From Candidatus Zhuqueibacterota bacterium (GTDB lineage Bacteria > Zhuqueibacterota > Zhuqueibacteria > Zhuqueibacterales > Geothermadaptataceae), in the NCBI GenBank assembly GCA_015491485.1, contig WFVT01000032.1, forward strand, positions 1 to 50,155: a stretch of DNA of 50,155 bases, in the 5' to 3' direction. This document shows positions 9,313 through 19,358 of this stretch, piece after piece. The notes beneath the pieces are model-generated. The model searched no databases. It had not been told where the DNA came from and was given only the letters and a program-made list of their open reading frames with translations. Position numbers and translations under genes: made by a program. Every line of letters begins with the position of its first letter. Within the stretch, counting starts at the first letter, position 1.

Positions 9313-10494
9313 ATGAACGATGACGTTCTAATCAAACGATTGCAGACCCACCTGGAAAAATTGTCGGTGGATTTCCCCCATCGGGGAAGCTGCACCCTCA
9401 ATGAAGGCATGGCGCAGAGCTATTGCGCCGAAGTGCTGCGATCGCTCGGTCTGAAACCCGAGGCGCAGGAATTCAGAAGTGTGGCTTCGGCTTACCGGCC
9501 GTTTATTCTGGCCTCAGCGCTGCTATTATTGACCTATCCGCTTTTCCAATGGATGCCGCTCGCCGCCGGCCTGCTTGCTGCGGCGGTGACGATCTCCGCA
9601 TTGATGGAATTGATGTTGATGCCGAATTTACTGACCTTGATCCTGCCGAAAAGCAACAGCCGCAACCTGATCGTGCGCATACCGGCCGGACGGGAAAGCA
9701 GGCGAATCCTGGTGGTGATGAGCCACATCGATTCCCACCGTACCCCGTGGATTTTCCGTACACCGACCACGTTTCGAGTGTATCAGCTTCTGAGCACGAT
9801 GGCCATGCTTGCCTTTGTCGGATTGCCGGTGCTGTATGGACTGGACCTTCTGGGCGTCTTAGATCTAAGCGGGATTTATGCCGCGCCCGCCCTCGCTCTC
9901 ATCGCCGTGATTTTTTTTATGACTCTCCAGGCCGAACATTCACCTTACACCGCCGGCGCCAATGACAATGCCTCGGGAGTGGCGCTGCTACTGGAACTGG
10001 CGCGGCGCTTCCGCGCAAAGCCGCTGGAGTATCAGGACGTCTGGTTGGTTATCAGCGGTTGTGAAGAAGTCGGCGCGCACGGGGCGCGCGCGTTCGTGAA
10101 GCGCTATGGCAAAGAGCTACGCGACGCCGTGGTTCTGGTGATCGACAATATTGCCGGCAAAGACACGGTTCCGTGTTATTATGAAAAAGAAACCATGCTC
10201 CTGCCGATGAAATATCCTTCGAATATGTTGGCTCTTGCCCGCGAGGTGGCGGAAGCCCATCCGGCGTTTGGCGCACGGCCCTTTTCACAGCGGGGGGCAT
10301 ATACCGACGGCACTCCGGTGTTGCAAGCCGGTCTTGCCTGCATCAGCATTGTCAACCATACCGCTTCCGGCTGGATACCCTATTGGCATCACCCGGACGA
10401 TACCCTGAGTCATATCGATTGGGAAGCCTATCACCGCAGTATCGGTTTCATTTTGAAGCTCATCGAGCGGCTGGAAAAACAGGCGGCGACGTGA
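9313..10494 (+). CDS. M28-family metallopeptidase with internal membrane segments
   Basis: Zn-ligand motifs SHIDS, GANDNASGVA, GCEE, IDN, YWHHPDD, with hydrophobic inserts. Confidence 0.85.
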   Translation: MNDDVLIKRLQTHLEKLSVDFPHRGSCTLNEGMAQSYCAEVLRSLGLKPEAQEFRSVASAYRPFILASALLLLTYPLFQWMPLAAGLLAAAVTISALMELMLMPNLLTLILPKSNSRNLIVRIPAGRESRRILVVMSHIDSHRTPWIFRTPTTFRVYQLLSTMAMLAFVGLPVLYGLDLLGVLDLSGIYAAPALALIAVIFFMTLQAEHSPYTAGANDNASGVALLLELARRFRAKPLEYQDVWLVISGCEEVGAHGARAFVKRYGKELRDAVVLVIDNIAGKDTVPCYYEKETMLLPMKYPSNMLALAREVAEAHPAFGARPFSQRGAYTDGTPVLQAGLACISIVNHTASGWIPYWHHPDDTLSHIDWEAYHRSIGFILKLIERLEKQAAT

Positions 10495-10928
10495 AAGCCG
10501 CTGGTTTTTGTTCTGAGCGGTCGAGGGATAGTTTGAGGAAAAGATGCGAGCCAGTATATCTCATTGAATTCAAATTGAAACAGCGGCGATCCGGAACGTT
10601 TTGATGAATCCGTCGGCTGTCCCAAATCCGCCGGTAGAAATGGGATGCCGGGCCATGGAGCTATCGCGCCGCTTTTCGGACACCGTATTACTGCTCGGCC
10701 AATCGCTTGCCGGGATGGCGGCTGGTTAAAACCATTTCAATATGCTGGATATTGGCAGGGCCCAAAACAGAATCTTCCGGAATCGGCGGTTTCCGCAAAG
10801 TGGGGGGCGGGCGCGAAAACAAATATCGGCGGGTTCCTCTTTTACCGAAATGGCGTTGTATGAAGCTTACGGGGGCGTCCCCGGGGATTTTCACGTTCCG
10901 CAAATCCAAACCATTGTGCGGAGGAGCT

Positions 10929-13250
10929 ATGGCACGGAGATGGAAAACGACCGGACTCTGGCTTGCGGTGGCCGGATTTGTATTCTGGGTGCTGATCTAT
11001 GCCCCGCTACCGGGACTGGAAACGCCGCCGGCCGCTATCGGCTGGAGCAGCGAAGATGAAGCGGCACGCATCCAAGAAAATCAGCTTGCTCGCTTCGATG
11101 AAATCCGCAAAGCACGCAATCTGCAGCGCCCGTTTCCTCAGATGATCGTCCGCAGCGATAACCCCACCACTCCGGAGAAAGTCGAACTGGGCCGGCTGTT
11201 GTATTTTGATCCCATCCTGTCGGGCGATAATGACCTGTCGTGCGCGCACTGCCACCATCCCGATCTCGGGTTTTCCGATAACCGGGGGGTGTCCATGGGG
11301 CGTGGAGGCAAGGGCATCGGCCCGGAGCGCCGGGGCGGCGCCGTGCTGCGGCGCGGCTCGCCCACCATCTGGAATGCGGCGTACAACCATGCCCAATTCT
11401 GGGACGGTCGGGCACGTGATCTCGAGGATCAGGCACGAAGTCCCATTCAGGACAGCCAGGAAATGGCGCAGGACAGCTCCGAACTGGTGCAGGAACTCCG
11501 CGCCATTCCCGAATATGTGGCGCTGTTTCAAAACGCTTTCGGCGGCGAAGCAGCCGAAGCCGTGACTTTTCAGAACGTGGTGTACGCCATCGCCGCATTT
11601 GAACGCACCATTATCAGCAACAATTCGCGGTTCGATCGCTATGCGCGCGGCGAACACGATGCACTGTCACCGGCAGAACGCCGCGGTCTCAATGTGTTCC
11701 GTTCGCTGAAAACCCGCTGTTTCGAATGCCATAACTTTCCTACCTTCGCCAATCCGGATTTCAAAGTGATCGGTGTGCCGGATTTGCCGGGACAGGAGCC
11801 GGATTTAGGGCGGGGAGAAATCGACGGGCCCGCTTATAATCGCGCCTTTAAAGTACCGACCCTGCGCAATGTGGCTCTTACTGCGCCTTACATGCACAAC
11901 GGTGTGTTTCAAACCCTGGAGGAAGTGATCGATTTTTACGCCGGCGGTGGTGGGCGTGGACTCGGACTCGATATTCCCAACATCGATGACAAAATCCGTG
12001 CGTTTGGTATCACCGAACAGGAAAAGCAGGATCTGATCGCTTTTTTGCATGCGCTGACCGACGAGTCCAACAAGCCGGAAATCCCCGACCGCGTCCCTTC
12101 CGGGCTGCCGGTGGTGCCACGGTTGCAAAACCAATCGCCGGAGCTGGCGGCGTTTCAGCAGCAAAAGCATCCACGCAAGCGGGTGCGGCTGCAGCGGGTG
12201 GGACGGCGCATTATCGTTCGCCCGGGACAGTCGATTCAGGCCGGTATCGATATGGCGACAGCGGGCGACACGGTTTGGGTGATGCCCGGTGTGTATCATG
12301 AAACGCTGACCCTGGACGTCTCCGGCATCACCTTGCTGGGGCAGGTGGTGGACGGCCAGCGGCCGGTGCTCGACGGCCGGAACGTGCTTGCGGATGGCCT
12401 CATCGGCTCCGGCAGTGATGTGGAAATCCGGAATTTCGTGGTGCGAAATTACACCGCCAACGGCCTGATGTTGAATGGAGCGGTCAATGTCACATTTCGT
12501 GACCTGCTTTGTGAAAATCCCGGGCTGTATGGGGTCTATCCCGTAGAATGCGTCAATGTGCTCATCGAACGCTGTGAAGTTACCGGTGCGCGGGATGCAG
12601 GCATTTACGTGGGGCAATCGAGGGACATCGTCGTGCGCGATTCCAGGGCTTACGGCAATGTTACCGGTATTGAAATTGAAAACTGCGTGAATGCGCTGGT
12701 GGAAAACAACGAGGCATTCAACAACGCCGGCGGTATTCTGGTGTTTTTGTTGCCGAACAATCCATCCAAAGTGTCGCTGAAAACCCGGGTCGTCAACAAC
12801 CGGATTTACAGCAACAACCATGTGAATTTTGCTGATCCGAACGCCATTGTCAGTAAAGTGCCTTCCGGTAGTGGACTGCTGATTCTGGCGGCGGATGAAG
12901 TGGAAGCCACCGGCAATGAAATCCGCGACAACCGGTCTTTCGGCCTGGCCGTGATCGGACTGGATATGGTGTTCGGACCGGGCGCGCGGTATGACGTGGA
13001 TCCGATTCCCGAACGCAACTGGTTCCACGGCAACCGGTATGAAAATAACGGTTTTGCTCCTCAGGGCATGATCGAGGAACTGGGATTTAAAGGCAAGGAC
13101 ATCATCTGGGATTTGAGCGGTTATGACAATAGCTGGGATGAGCCGGGCGCCAGCAGCATGCCTGCGGTGCTGCCGAAGAAATCCTGGCCGGATCTGGTGC
13201 GGCGGGCCAACTGGCGGTTCTGGCGGCTTTTAATGCGGCTCATGGGCTGA
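10929..13250 (+). CDS. Di-haem MauG/cytochrome c peroxidase-family protein fused to a C-terminal parallel beta-helix domain
   Basis: GGAGGAG RBS, N-terminal TM/signal. [48 protein letters not shown]...DFY. Then beta-helix repeats (GLYGVYPV...[15 protein letters not shown]...GIEIEN...GGILVFLLP). Confidence 0.9.
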   Translation: MARRWKTTGLWLAVAGFVFWVLIYAPLPGLETPPAAIGWSSEDEAARIQENQLARFDEIRKARNLQRPFPQMIVRSDNPTTPEKVELGRLLYFDPILSGDNDLSCAHCHHPDLGFSDNRGVSMGRGGKGIGPERRGGAVLRRGSPTIWNAAYNHAQFWDGRARDLEDQARSPIQDSQEMAQDSSELVQELRAIPEYVALFQNAFGGEAAEAVTFQNVVYAIAAFERTIISNNSRFDRYARGEHDALSPAERRGLNVFRSLKTRCFECHNFPTFANPDFKVIGVPDLPGQEPDLGRGEIDGPAYNRAFKVPTLRNVALTAPYMHNGVFQTLEEVIDFYAGGGGRGLGLDIPNIDDKIRAFGITEQEKQDLIAFLHALTDESNKPEIPDRVPSGLPVVPRLQNQSPELAAFQQQKHPRKRVRLQRVGRRIIVRPGQSIQAGIDMATAGDTVWVMPGVYHETLTLDVSGITLLGQVVDGQRPVLDGRNVLADGLIGSGSDVEIRNFVVRNYTANGLMLNGAVNVTFRDLLCENPGLYGVYPVECVNVLIERCEVTGARDAGIYVGQSRDIVVRDSRAYGNVTGIEIENCVNALVENNEAFNNAGGILVFLLPNNPSKVSLKTRVVNNRIYSNNHVNFADPNAIVSKVPSGSGLLILAADEVEATGNEIRDNRSFGLAVIGLDMVFGPGARYDVDPIPERNWFHGNRYENNGFAPQGMIEELGFKGKDIIWDLSGYDNSWDEPGASSMPAVLPKKSWPDLVRRANWRFWRLLMRLMG

Positions 13251-13406
13251 ATAGCCGTATCCGTGTGGTGAAAATAGCATTTCTTGCGTTTGCACCTTCC
13301 GTCCTCGACTGGCGCAGGAATCTCCTGGTGATCATCCGGCACCGGACCATGAGTGATATTTGACCTTTGTTTTTCCGGTCAGGATGCGGTTCACCGCACG
13401 GATTCA

Positions 13407-13994
13407 TCAGCCCGGCACGTAGATTCCGAAGGCTTTGAGTTCGCGCACCAGTGCCATAAGCGGCAGCCCGATGATGGCCGTCCAGTCATCGCACTCGATG
13501 TGTGAAAATAAAGCAATCCCCTGTGACTCCAGCATATAGCCGCCGGCGCAGTTGAAGGGTTGATCGGTGCGGATATATGACCAGATGGCTTCATCGTTCA
13601 GGTCGTCGCGCATTTTCAATCGGGCTTCATCGAGAAAAGACCGGCTCTGTCCGGTGGCCGGATGCAGCAGCGTAACGGCCGTAAAAAGCTGGTGTACGGT
13701 GCCGCGCATGCGCACGAGTTGTTCAAAGGTACGTTCCGGAGTGCCGGGTTTTTGCAAAATCGCATCGCCCAGCGCCGCGACCTGGTCGCTGCCAATGATC
13801 ACGGCATCCGGATACCGATCGGCAAGGGCTTCGGCTTTCAACCGCGCCAGGCGCATGGCGCGGGCTGCCGGTTTCTCGCCGGGAATCACGGTTTCTTCCA
13901 CCCCCGGCGCTTCTGCGATGAACGGCAGCCGCAGCCGTTCGAGCAAATTCCGGCGGTAGGGCGACGAAGACGCCAGGATAATCGATTTTTGCAT
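13407..13994 (-). CDS. maf: Maf-family nucleoside triphosphate pyrophosphatase (YceF-like)
   Basis: ILASSSPYRR, IGSDQV, KPG, CAGGYMLE, IIGLP. The Y/Q/E residues match the YceF subfamily rather than YhdE. Confidence 0.9.
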   Translation of the reverse strand: MQKSIILASSSPYRRNLLERLRLPFIAEAPGVEETVIPGEKPAARAMRLARLKAEALADRYPDAVIIGSDQVAALGDAILQKPGTPERTFEQLVRMRGTVHQLFTAVTLLHPATGQSRSFLDEARLKMRDDLNDEAIWSYIRTDQPFNCAGGYMLESQGIALFSHIECDDWTAIIGLPLMALVRELKAFGIYVPG

Positions 13995-14127
13995 GGCTCA
14001 ACAAACCTCCATGATCATGAAAAACAGCTATCAGAGAGGGGACGGCTTTCGCCGCCACACTGTCGCCTCTTTGTCCTTCGACCGGTTTCTCTATCCGGTA
14101 TGAACACCAACCCCGTTGATTCAATGT

Positions 14128-14155
14128 AAAAAGCCGGCTTTCAAAGCCGGCTTTT
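14128..14155. terminator. Intrinsic terminator hairpin (potentially bidirectional)
   Basis: AAAAAGCCGGCTTTCAAAGCCGGCTTTT, an inverted repeat flanked by A and T runs, ~25 nt downstream of the asparaginase stop. Confidence 0.75.
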
Positions 14156-14179
14156 GGGGAACTTCTTTGCGAATAACGA

Positions 14180-15250
14180 CTATTGTTTTTTTCGCTCGTA
14201 CAGATAGCCGCCTTCATAGACATGGAAGCCTTTGTCATCCATCCAGGCGACGCGCGGTGGGCGGTCTTTCGATCCCAGAATCGAATAGCAGCCCACCTCT
14301 CCCTTTTTGTTGATGGCGATGAATTTGTCATTGAAATCGATGGGGACTCCGTTGCGCTTGTTGATTTCGACAATTCGTTCGCAGGCCATTTTGCAGGCTT
14401 CATTCGGCGATTTGCCTTCTCGCATCAGTTGCACCACATAAAAGCTGCCCAGCGTGCGGATCACTTCCTCGCCGCGGCCGGTCGCACCGGCGGCGCCGAC
14501 TTCGTTGTCAACATACAACCCGGCGCCAATGATCGGAGAGTCGCCCACCCGGCCCGGGATTTTAAAGCCAAGGCCGCTGGTGGTGGTGATGCCGGCCAGG
14601 TCCCCGTTGGCATCCATGCCCAGAACGTTGATGGTGCCGGTGATCCGTTTCTTGTTGTAATCCACTCCTTCCGGAGCCGGCAGCCAATCATCCCTGTCAC
14701 TTAAATTTTCCTTCCATTTTAACCACAGCAGCCGGGCCTTTTCGGTCAGCAGATTCTCAATTTTGAAACCGTGCATCACGGCGAACCGCTGGGCGCCTTT
14801 ACCGACCAGCATAATATGATCGGTGCGCTCCATCACCCGGCGCGCCACACTACACGGCGTCTTGATGCCTTCCAGTGCGGCAACGGATCCGCAATTGTGC
14901 GTCGGGCCGTGCATGATGGAAGCGTCGAGCTGAACCACTCCGTCTTCATTGGGAATGCCGCCGTAACCGACAGTGACATCCTCGGGGTCGAGTTCCACCA
15001 CATTCGCGCTTTTTTCAACCGCGTCCAGCAAAGCTCCGTTGTTGCTCAAAATTTCGTATCCCGGCTGTGTGACCTTTTCACCCCATTTCTGACCGCGGCT
15101 GCACACAATCACCGGGCCTTGAGCTACCGGGCCGCGCATGGATTTTCCGGTTCGGATTGCCGGAGAAGCCAATTTCCCCGGCAAAAAGGTGGATACACCC
15201 AATCCTGTCAATGCCCCTAAAAAACGTCGTCTGTCCATGTTTTGATTCAT
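14180..15250 (-). CDS. N4-(beta-N-acetylglucosaminyl)-L-asparaginase / isoaspartyl peptidase family Ntn-hydrolase, Tat-exported
   Basis: Tat motif DRRRFL. VGYGG, LDASIM, TTTSG, GRVGDSPIIGAG, ATGRGE. Nucleophile Thr in ITG|TIN. Confidence 0.9.
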   Translation of the reverse strand: MNQNMDRRRFLGALTGLGVSTFLPGKLASPAIRTGKSMRGPVAQGPVIVCSRGQKWGEKVTQPGYEILSNNGALLDAVEKSANVVELDPEDVTVGYGGIPNEDGVVQLDASIMHGPTHNCGSVAALEGIKTPCSVARRVMERTDHIMLVGKGAQRFAVMHGFKIENLLTEKARLLWLKWKENLSDRDDWLPAPEGVDYNKKRITGTINVLGMDANGDLAGITTTSGLGFKIPGRVGDSPIIGAGLYVDNEVGAAGATGRGEEVIRTLGSFYVVQLMREGKSPNEACKMACERIVEINKRNGVPIDFNDKFIAINKKGEVGCYSILGSKDRPPRVAWMDDKGFHVYEGGYLYERKKQ

Positions 15251-15277
15251 GATTCCATCCCTTTTTAAACTGAATAC

Positions 15278-16678
15278 TTAATGGATATTTGAAGATTTGG
15301 ACATGAGTTTTTCGATTTCTTCGATTGTGCGCGGCGCGCCTTTGGAAAGAATTTTCGGCCCTTCCTCGGTGATTAAAATATCATCCTCGATGCGCACGCC
15401 GATGTTCCAATATTTTGGCGGAACTCCATGTTTGCGGCCGGTAGCCTCGGAAATATAGATACCCGGCTCGACCGTGATGACCTGATTGGCCTTCAAAGGG
15501 CCGCGACTGGATACGTCGTGTACATCCAGTCCGATATGATGGCTGGTACCGTGCATGAAAAAAGCACGGTAAGTGCCGTTGCGGATGTTGGTTTCCACAT
15601 CACCTTTCAAGATGCCGATTCGGATCAATCCTTCCACGACTTTGCGCACGGCGGCCTGAGCCGGCGCCCAAAAGGAGGCACCGACTTTGGCGGCGGCGAT
15701 GCCGGCATTCTGCGCTTCAAGAACAATGGTGTAAATTTCGCGCTGGGCATCATTGAATTTGCCGTTCACAGGGATGGTGCGGGTGATGTCGGCGGTGTAC
15801 ATGCCGTACTCTGCCCCGATATCAATGACCACCATGTCGCCGTCCTGCATTTGGCGGCGGTTGGTATTGTAGTGCAAAATGCAGGAATTGGGTCCCGAAC
15901 CGATGATGCTGGGAAAGCCTGTCCGCTCGCTTCCGTTTTTTTTGAAAATGTATTCGATAACGGCTTCCAACTGATATTCGTACATGCCCGGCCGCGCCGC
16001 CTTCATGGCTTCGCGGTGGGCCTCGCAGGTGATGTCGATGGCTTTTTGAAGCAGGGCCAGTTCCGTGCTGTCTTTCACTTCGCGCATGCGGTTTAGAAAT
16101 TTTCCGGGGTGTGCAACGGCAAAGTCGTACAGCCGCTCTCGCGCACGCCGGATAAAATCCATTTCTTTGCTTAGCGGTTCATCCAGCCCCACGGGTTTGG
16201 TTTTGATATAAAGCGTATCGATGTTTTGCAAAAGGGCGGGCAGGTAATCGTCAAACCGATCGATGGGGAGCGCGGCCTGAACGCCGAGAACGGATTTGGC
16301 ACGTTCCACTCCCAGACGATACCCCTCCCAAACCTCCATGCGGGGATCGCGTTTCCGCAAAAACAGGATTTCTTTGACGAATTTCGATTCGTCGCGCACA
16401 TAAATCCCCCGGGGACTGAGCACAAGAATGGCTTCCGGTTCTTCGAAGCCGGTCAGGTAGTAAAAATCGCTGTCCTGCCGGTATTCATAATCCACATCGC
16501 CGTTGCGGCGAGCCACAGGAGCCGCCTTGAAAATGGCGACGTTTTTTTTGCCCAAATTGTTTAAAAGGGCTTTCCGCCGGGCTTTGTAAAGCTCGGGCGA
16601 ATCCTGTGCGGCAATGGATGAAAACCAGAGGCAGAATAAAATAAACCAACGCGTGCTTTTGCCCATGTTCGACCTCAT
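15278..16678 (-). CDS. pepP: Xaa-Pro aminopeptidase (M24B), with signal peptide
   Basis: YRQDSDFYYLTGFEEP N-domain. Metal ligands IDIGAE, ADITRT, HGTSHHIGLDVHD, TVEPGIY, GVRIEDD. Confidence 0.92.
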   Translation of the reverse strand: MRSNMGKSTRWFILFCLWFSSIAAQDSPELYKARRKALLNNLGKKNVAIFKAAPVARRNGDVDYEYRQDSDFYYLTGFEEPEAILVLSPRGIYVRDESKFVKEILFLRKRDPRMEVWEGYRLGVERAKSVLGVQAALPIDRFDDYLPALLQNIDTLYIKTKPVGLDEPLSKEMDFIRRARERLYDFAVAHPGKFLNRMREVKDSTELALLQKAIDITCEAHREAMKAARPGMYEYQLEAVIEYIFKKNGSERTGFPSIIGSGPNSCILHYNTNRRQMQDGDMVVIDIGAEYGMYTADITRTIPVNGKFNDAQREIYTIVLEAQNAGIAAAKVGASFWAPAQAAVRKVVEGLIRIGILKGDVETNIRNGTYRAFFMHGTSHHIGLDVHDVSSRGPLKANQVITVEPGIYISEATGRKHGVPPKYWNIGVRIEDDILITEEGPKILSKGAPRTIEEIEKLMSKSSNIH

Positions 16679-17518
16679 GATTATATGCGTTGGGGAGATG
16701 AAGAATGAACTTGTCTTCCAGATCTCCCCCTGAAAACTGACGGTCGGCCGGAAATGATGTAAGAATAATCGCCGCAGTCAATTTATCCTCAAATTGCTGA
16801 TGAATATAGGCGAAAGTACAAGAAGCTGTCAAGCGATTTCTGACTGAATATCTGCAGGTCCTCCGGTTTTGGCTTTGAAATCCGGCAGCGTGAAATTTTG
16901 ACGGAGAAATGAAAAGCAAACCATCGCCACGGGACGCTCCAACAGCTTCGATTTGGCGCCCTTCCCGGACAGGCGGGAAACCAAACAGGGAACGTATCTC
17001 TCGCAGAGACGCCGAGCGCGCGGAGAATGTTCATTGCTATTCGGCGCGACTTGCCGGAATGCCCGCCATTTGAAGTTGGGGATTAATGATGTTTCATCCG
17101 CCACGGATAAACGCGGATGCATTGTAGCACAAGCTTCCAGCTTGTGATATCCGGGAGCGGTGATTTTTACAAGGCATGGAGAGTTTACCCCAGGCCTCTT
17201 TGTTTTATCAAATCAAGTGATCACCATAACATGTTTGAAAATCATTCCATCGGTTCAGAAAATCAAAGCAAGCCGAGTGCAAAATGCCCGGGCTGCCCAA
17301 ATTTTGCTTGTAATTCGGATGCGGCTGCGCTATATTTTTTCTTTTAGGATCAAATTTCGTTAGCTTGTGATTTTTTATAAAGATAAATCAAATTATCTGC
17401 TTCGATTCAAAGGCATTCAAAATGATCAGCCGTCTATTCAATCGAATTGATCCGTAGCGGCAGATATTCCCGGACATGAAAACGTTGAAATCGGTAGGAC
17501 ACGACGACCGGCTTTTTT

Positions 17519-19348
17519 ATGAAACAGAATACCTTACACCGTCGTTTATCCTGGCTCGGCCTGAGTTTCGCAGCTTTCTTGCTGCTGCAGAGCTGTAGCT
17601 CCACGCCATCTTTACGTCAGCCCCAACCTCCGGCCGCCGCCACACCCCCTGCGCCGCAAGAACCCAATCCCCGTGCGGTGGATCTGGTGATTCGCGGCAC
17701 CCTGGAAGAACTCATGGGCAATTATCAGGCGGCGCTTTTGGCCTATCAAGAAGCGCAATTGTATGATTCAACTTCGGTGGGGCTGTACGTCGCCATTGCC
17801 ACGGCTTACCAGCGGCTGCACAAAATAGAAAGTGCGATTAAAGTCCTCAATCAGGCGCTGGCCATTGATCCCAACCACCGTGACGCACTGGAAACGCTGG
17901 CGATTTTGTACGAATACCGGCGCGATTACGCTGCGGCTCTGCGAATCTATGAACGGTTGGCGCGGCTTGCTCCGAACGATCCGGAAATTCTCGGCCGCCT
18001 GGCCATGCTGTATGCGCAAACAGGAGAGACGGAAAAAACGATTCAGGGATTCCAGCGGTTGATCAGCCTCGGTCAGGCAAGTCCCGAAGTCTGGCGTTCC
18101 CTGGGACGGCTGTATCTGCAGGCAAAGCAGTACGATAAAGCCATTCAGACACTGCAAAACTGGGTGGAAAGCGATCCTTATAACGAAGAGCCGTACGTGG
18201 AAATCGGCCTGATTTACAAAGTCAAAAAAGATACCACCGGGCTGATTGAGTGGTACCGTCAAACTCTGAAAGACCATCCTGATTTCCAGTTTATCCGGGA
18301 AGAACTGACCAATCTGCTGGTGGGCCTCGGCAAGATCAATGAAGCCATTACCATGTTCGAGCAGCGTGTGGCAGCCGACAGCTCCGATCTGGTGCAAATC
18401 AGTCAGCTTGGCAATTTATATTTGCAGAAAGGGGATACTCTCAGAGCCCGGACCCTGTTTGAGGAGCTGTTACAGCGCTATCCCGATGACTGGCGCGTCT
18501 ATTACAACCTGGGCAAACTAAGCTATGACAGCGAAAAATGGCAGGAAACCGCCCGGTTTTTGCAAAAAGCGGCGGATATGAACCCCAATGTGCCGCAAAT
18601 CTGGATCATGTTGGGACAGGCTTTCTGGCGCATGGACAGCCTGCAGCAAGCCGAGGCCATGCTGGAGCGGGTGTGGCAACTTAACACCCGAAATCCGCAG
18701 GTGTGGTTGATGCTCGGACAAACCTACTTTCAGATGCAGCAATGGGATCGCGCGGAACAGGCAGCCATTCGGGCGCATCGGCTGGCGCCGGAGATGTTCT
18801 TCACCAACTATTTGCTGGGACTCGTGTTAAATCAGCAAAACCGCAGCGAGGAGGCGGTTCCGTATTTTGAGATGGCGCTCCGGATCGATTCCACGGATGT
18901 GAACGCCATGGGCATCCTGGCGGCGATTTACAACGACCTTGGCCGGTATGCGCGTTCGGATTCTTTGTATGAACGGGCACTTCAATTGGCGCCGGACGAT
19001 CCCATTCTGCAAAACAATTTCAGTTACGGTCTGGCTGTGCGCGGCATCCGCTTACAGGAAGCACTGGAGCTGGTCAACCGGGCGCTGGAAAAACAGCCCG
19101 ACAACCCCGCGTTTTTGGATACGAAAGGCTGGGTGCTGTATCAAATGGGGCGGTACCGCGAAGCGCTGGAATGGATTCAAAAATCGCTGGAAATCCGTGA
19201 CGACAGCGCAGAAGTCTGGGAACATCTGGGCGATGTTTACGAAAAATTGGGGCAAATCCAGGAGGCAATGAAAGCCTGGCAAAAAGCCTATGAACTGGAC
19301 AATCAGCGTGAAGCCGTTTTGAAAAAATTGAATCATTATAAAAATTGA
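17519..19348 (+). CDS. Tetratricopeptide-repeat lipoprotein
   Basis: Lipobox-like LLQSC, Pro-rich linker, many TPR repeats, C-terminal NNFSY...FLDTKGWV...EHLGDVY. Confidence 0.9.
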   Translation: MKQNTLHRRLSWLGLSFAAFLLLQSCSSTPSLRQPQPPAAATPPAPQEPNPRAVDLVIRGTLEELMGNYQAALLAYQEAQLYDSTSVGLYVAIATAYQRLHKIESAIKVLNQALAIDPNHRDALETLAILYEYRRDYAAALRIYERLARLAPNDPEILGRLAMLYAQTGETEKTIQGFQRLISLGQASPEVWRSLGRLYLQAKQYDKAIQTLQNWVESDPYNEEPYVEIGLIYKVKKDTTGLIEWYRQTLKDHPDFQFIREELTNLLVGLGKINEAITMFEQRVAADSSDLVQISQLGNLYLQKGDTLRARTLFEELLQRYPDDWRVYYNLGKLSYDSEKWQETARFLQKAADMNPNVPQIWIMLGQAFWRMDSLQQAEAMLERVWQLNTRNPQVWLMLGQTYFQMQQWDRAEQAAIRAHRLAPEMFFTNYLLGLVLNQQNRSEEAVPYFEMALRIDSTDVNAMGILAAIYNDLGRYARSDSLYERALQLAPDDPILQNNFSYGLAVRGIRLQEALELVNRALEKQPDNPAFLDTKGWVLYQMGRYREALEWIQKSLEIRDDSAEVWEHLGDVYEKLGQIQEAMKAWQKAYELDNQREAVLKKLNHYKN

Positions 19349-19358
19349 TAGGCAAGGA

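Noticed and set aside
10707-10928. Longer N-terminus for the di-haem protein (and similar extensions at 9196, 21247, 30043, 32477)
   Set aside because: Better RBS and family-typical N-termini lie at downstream ATGs.
11805-13028. 407-aa antisense ORF and many other long shadow ORFs
   Set aside because: They lie antisense or out of frame to well-supported genes and have no motifs, as expected at this GC content.
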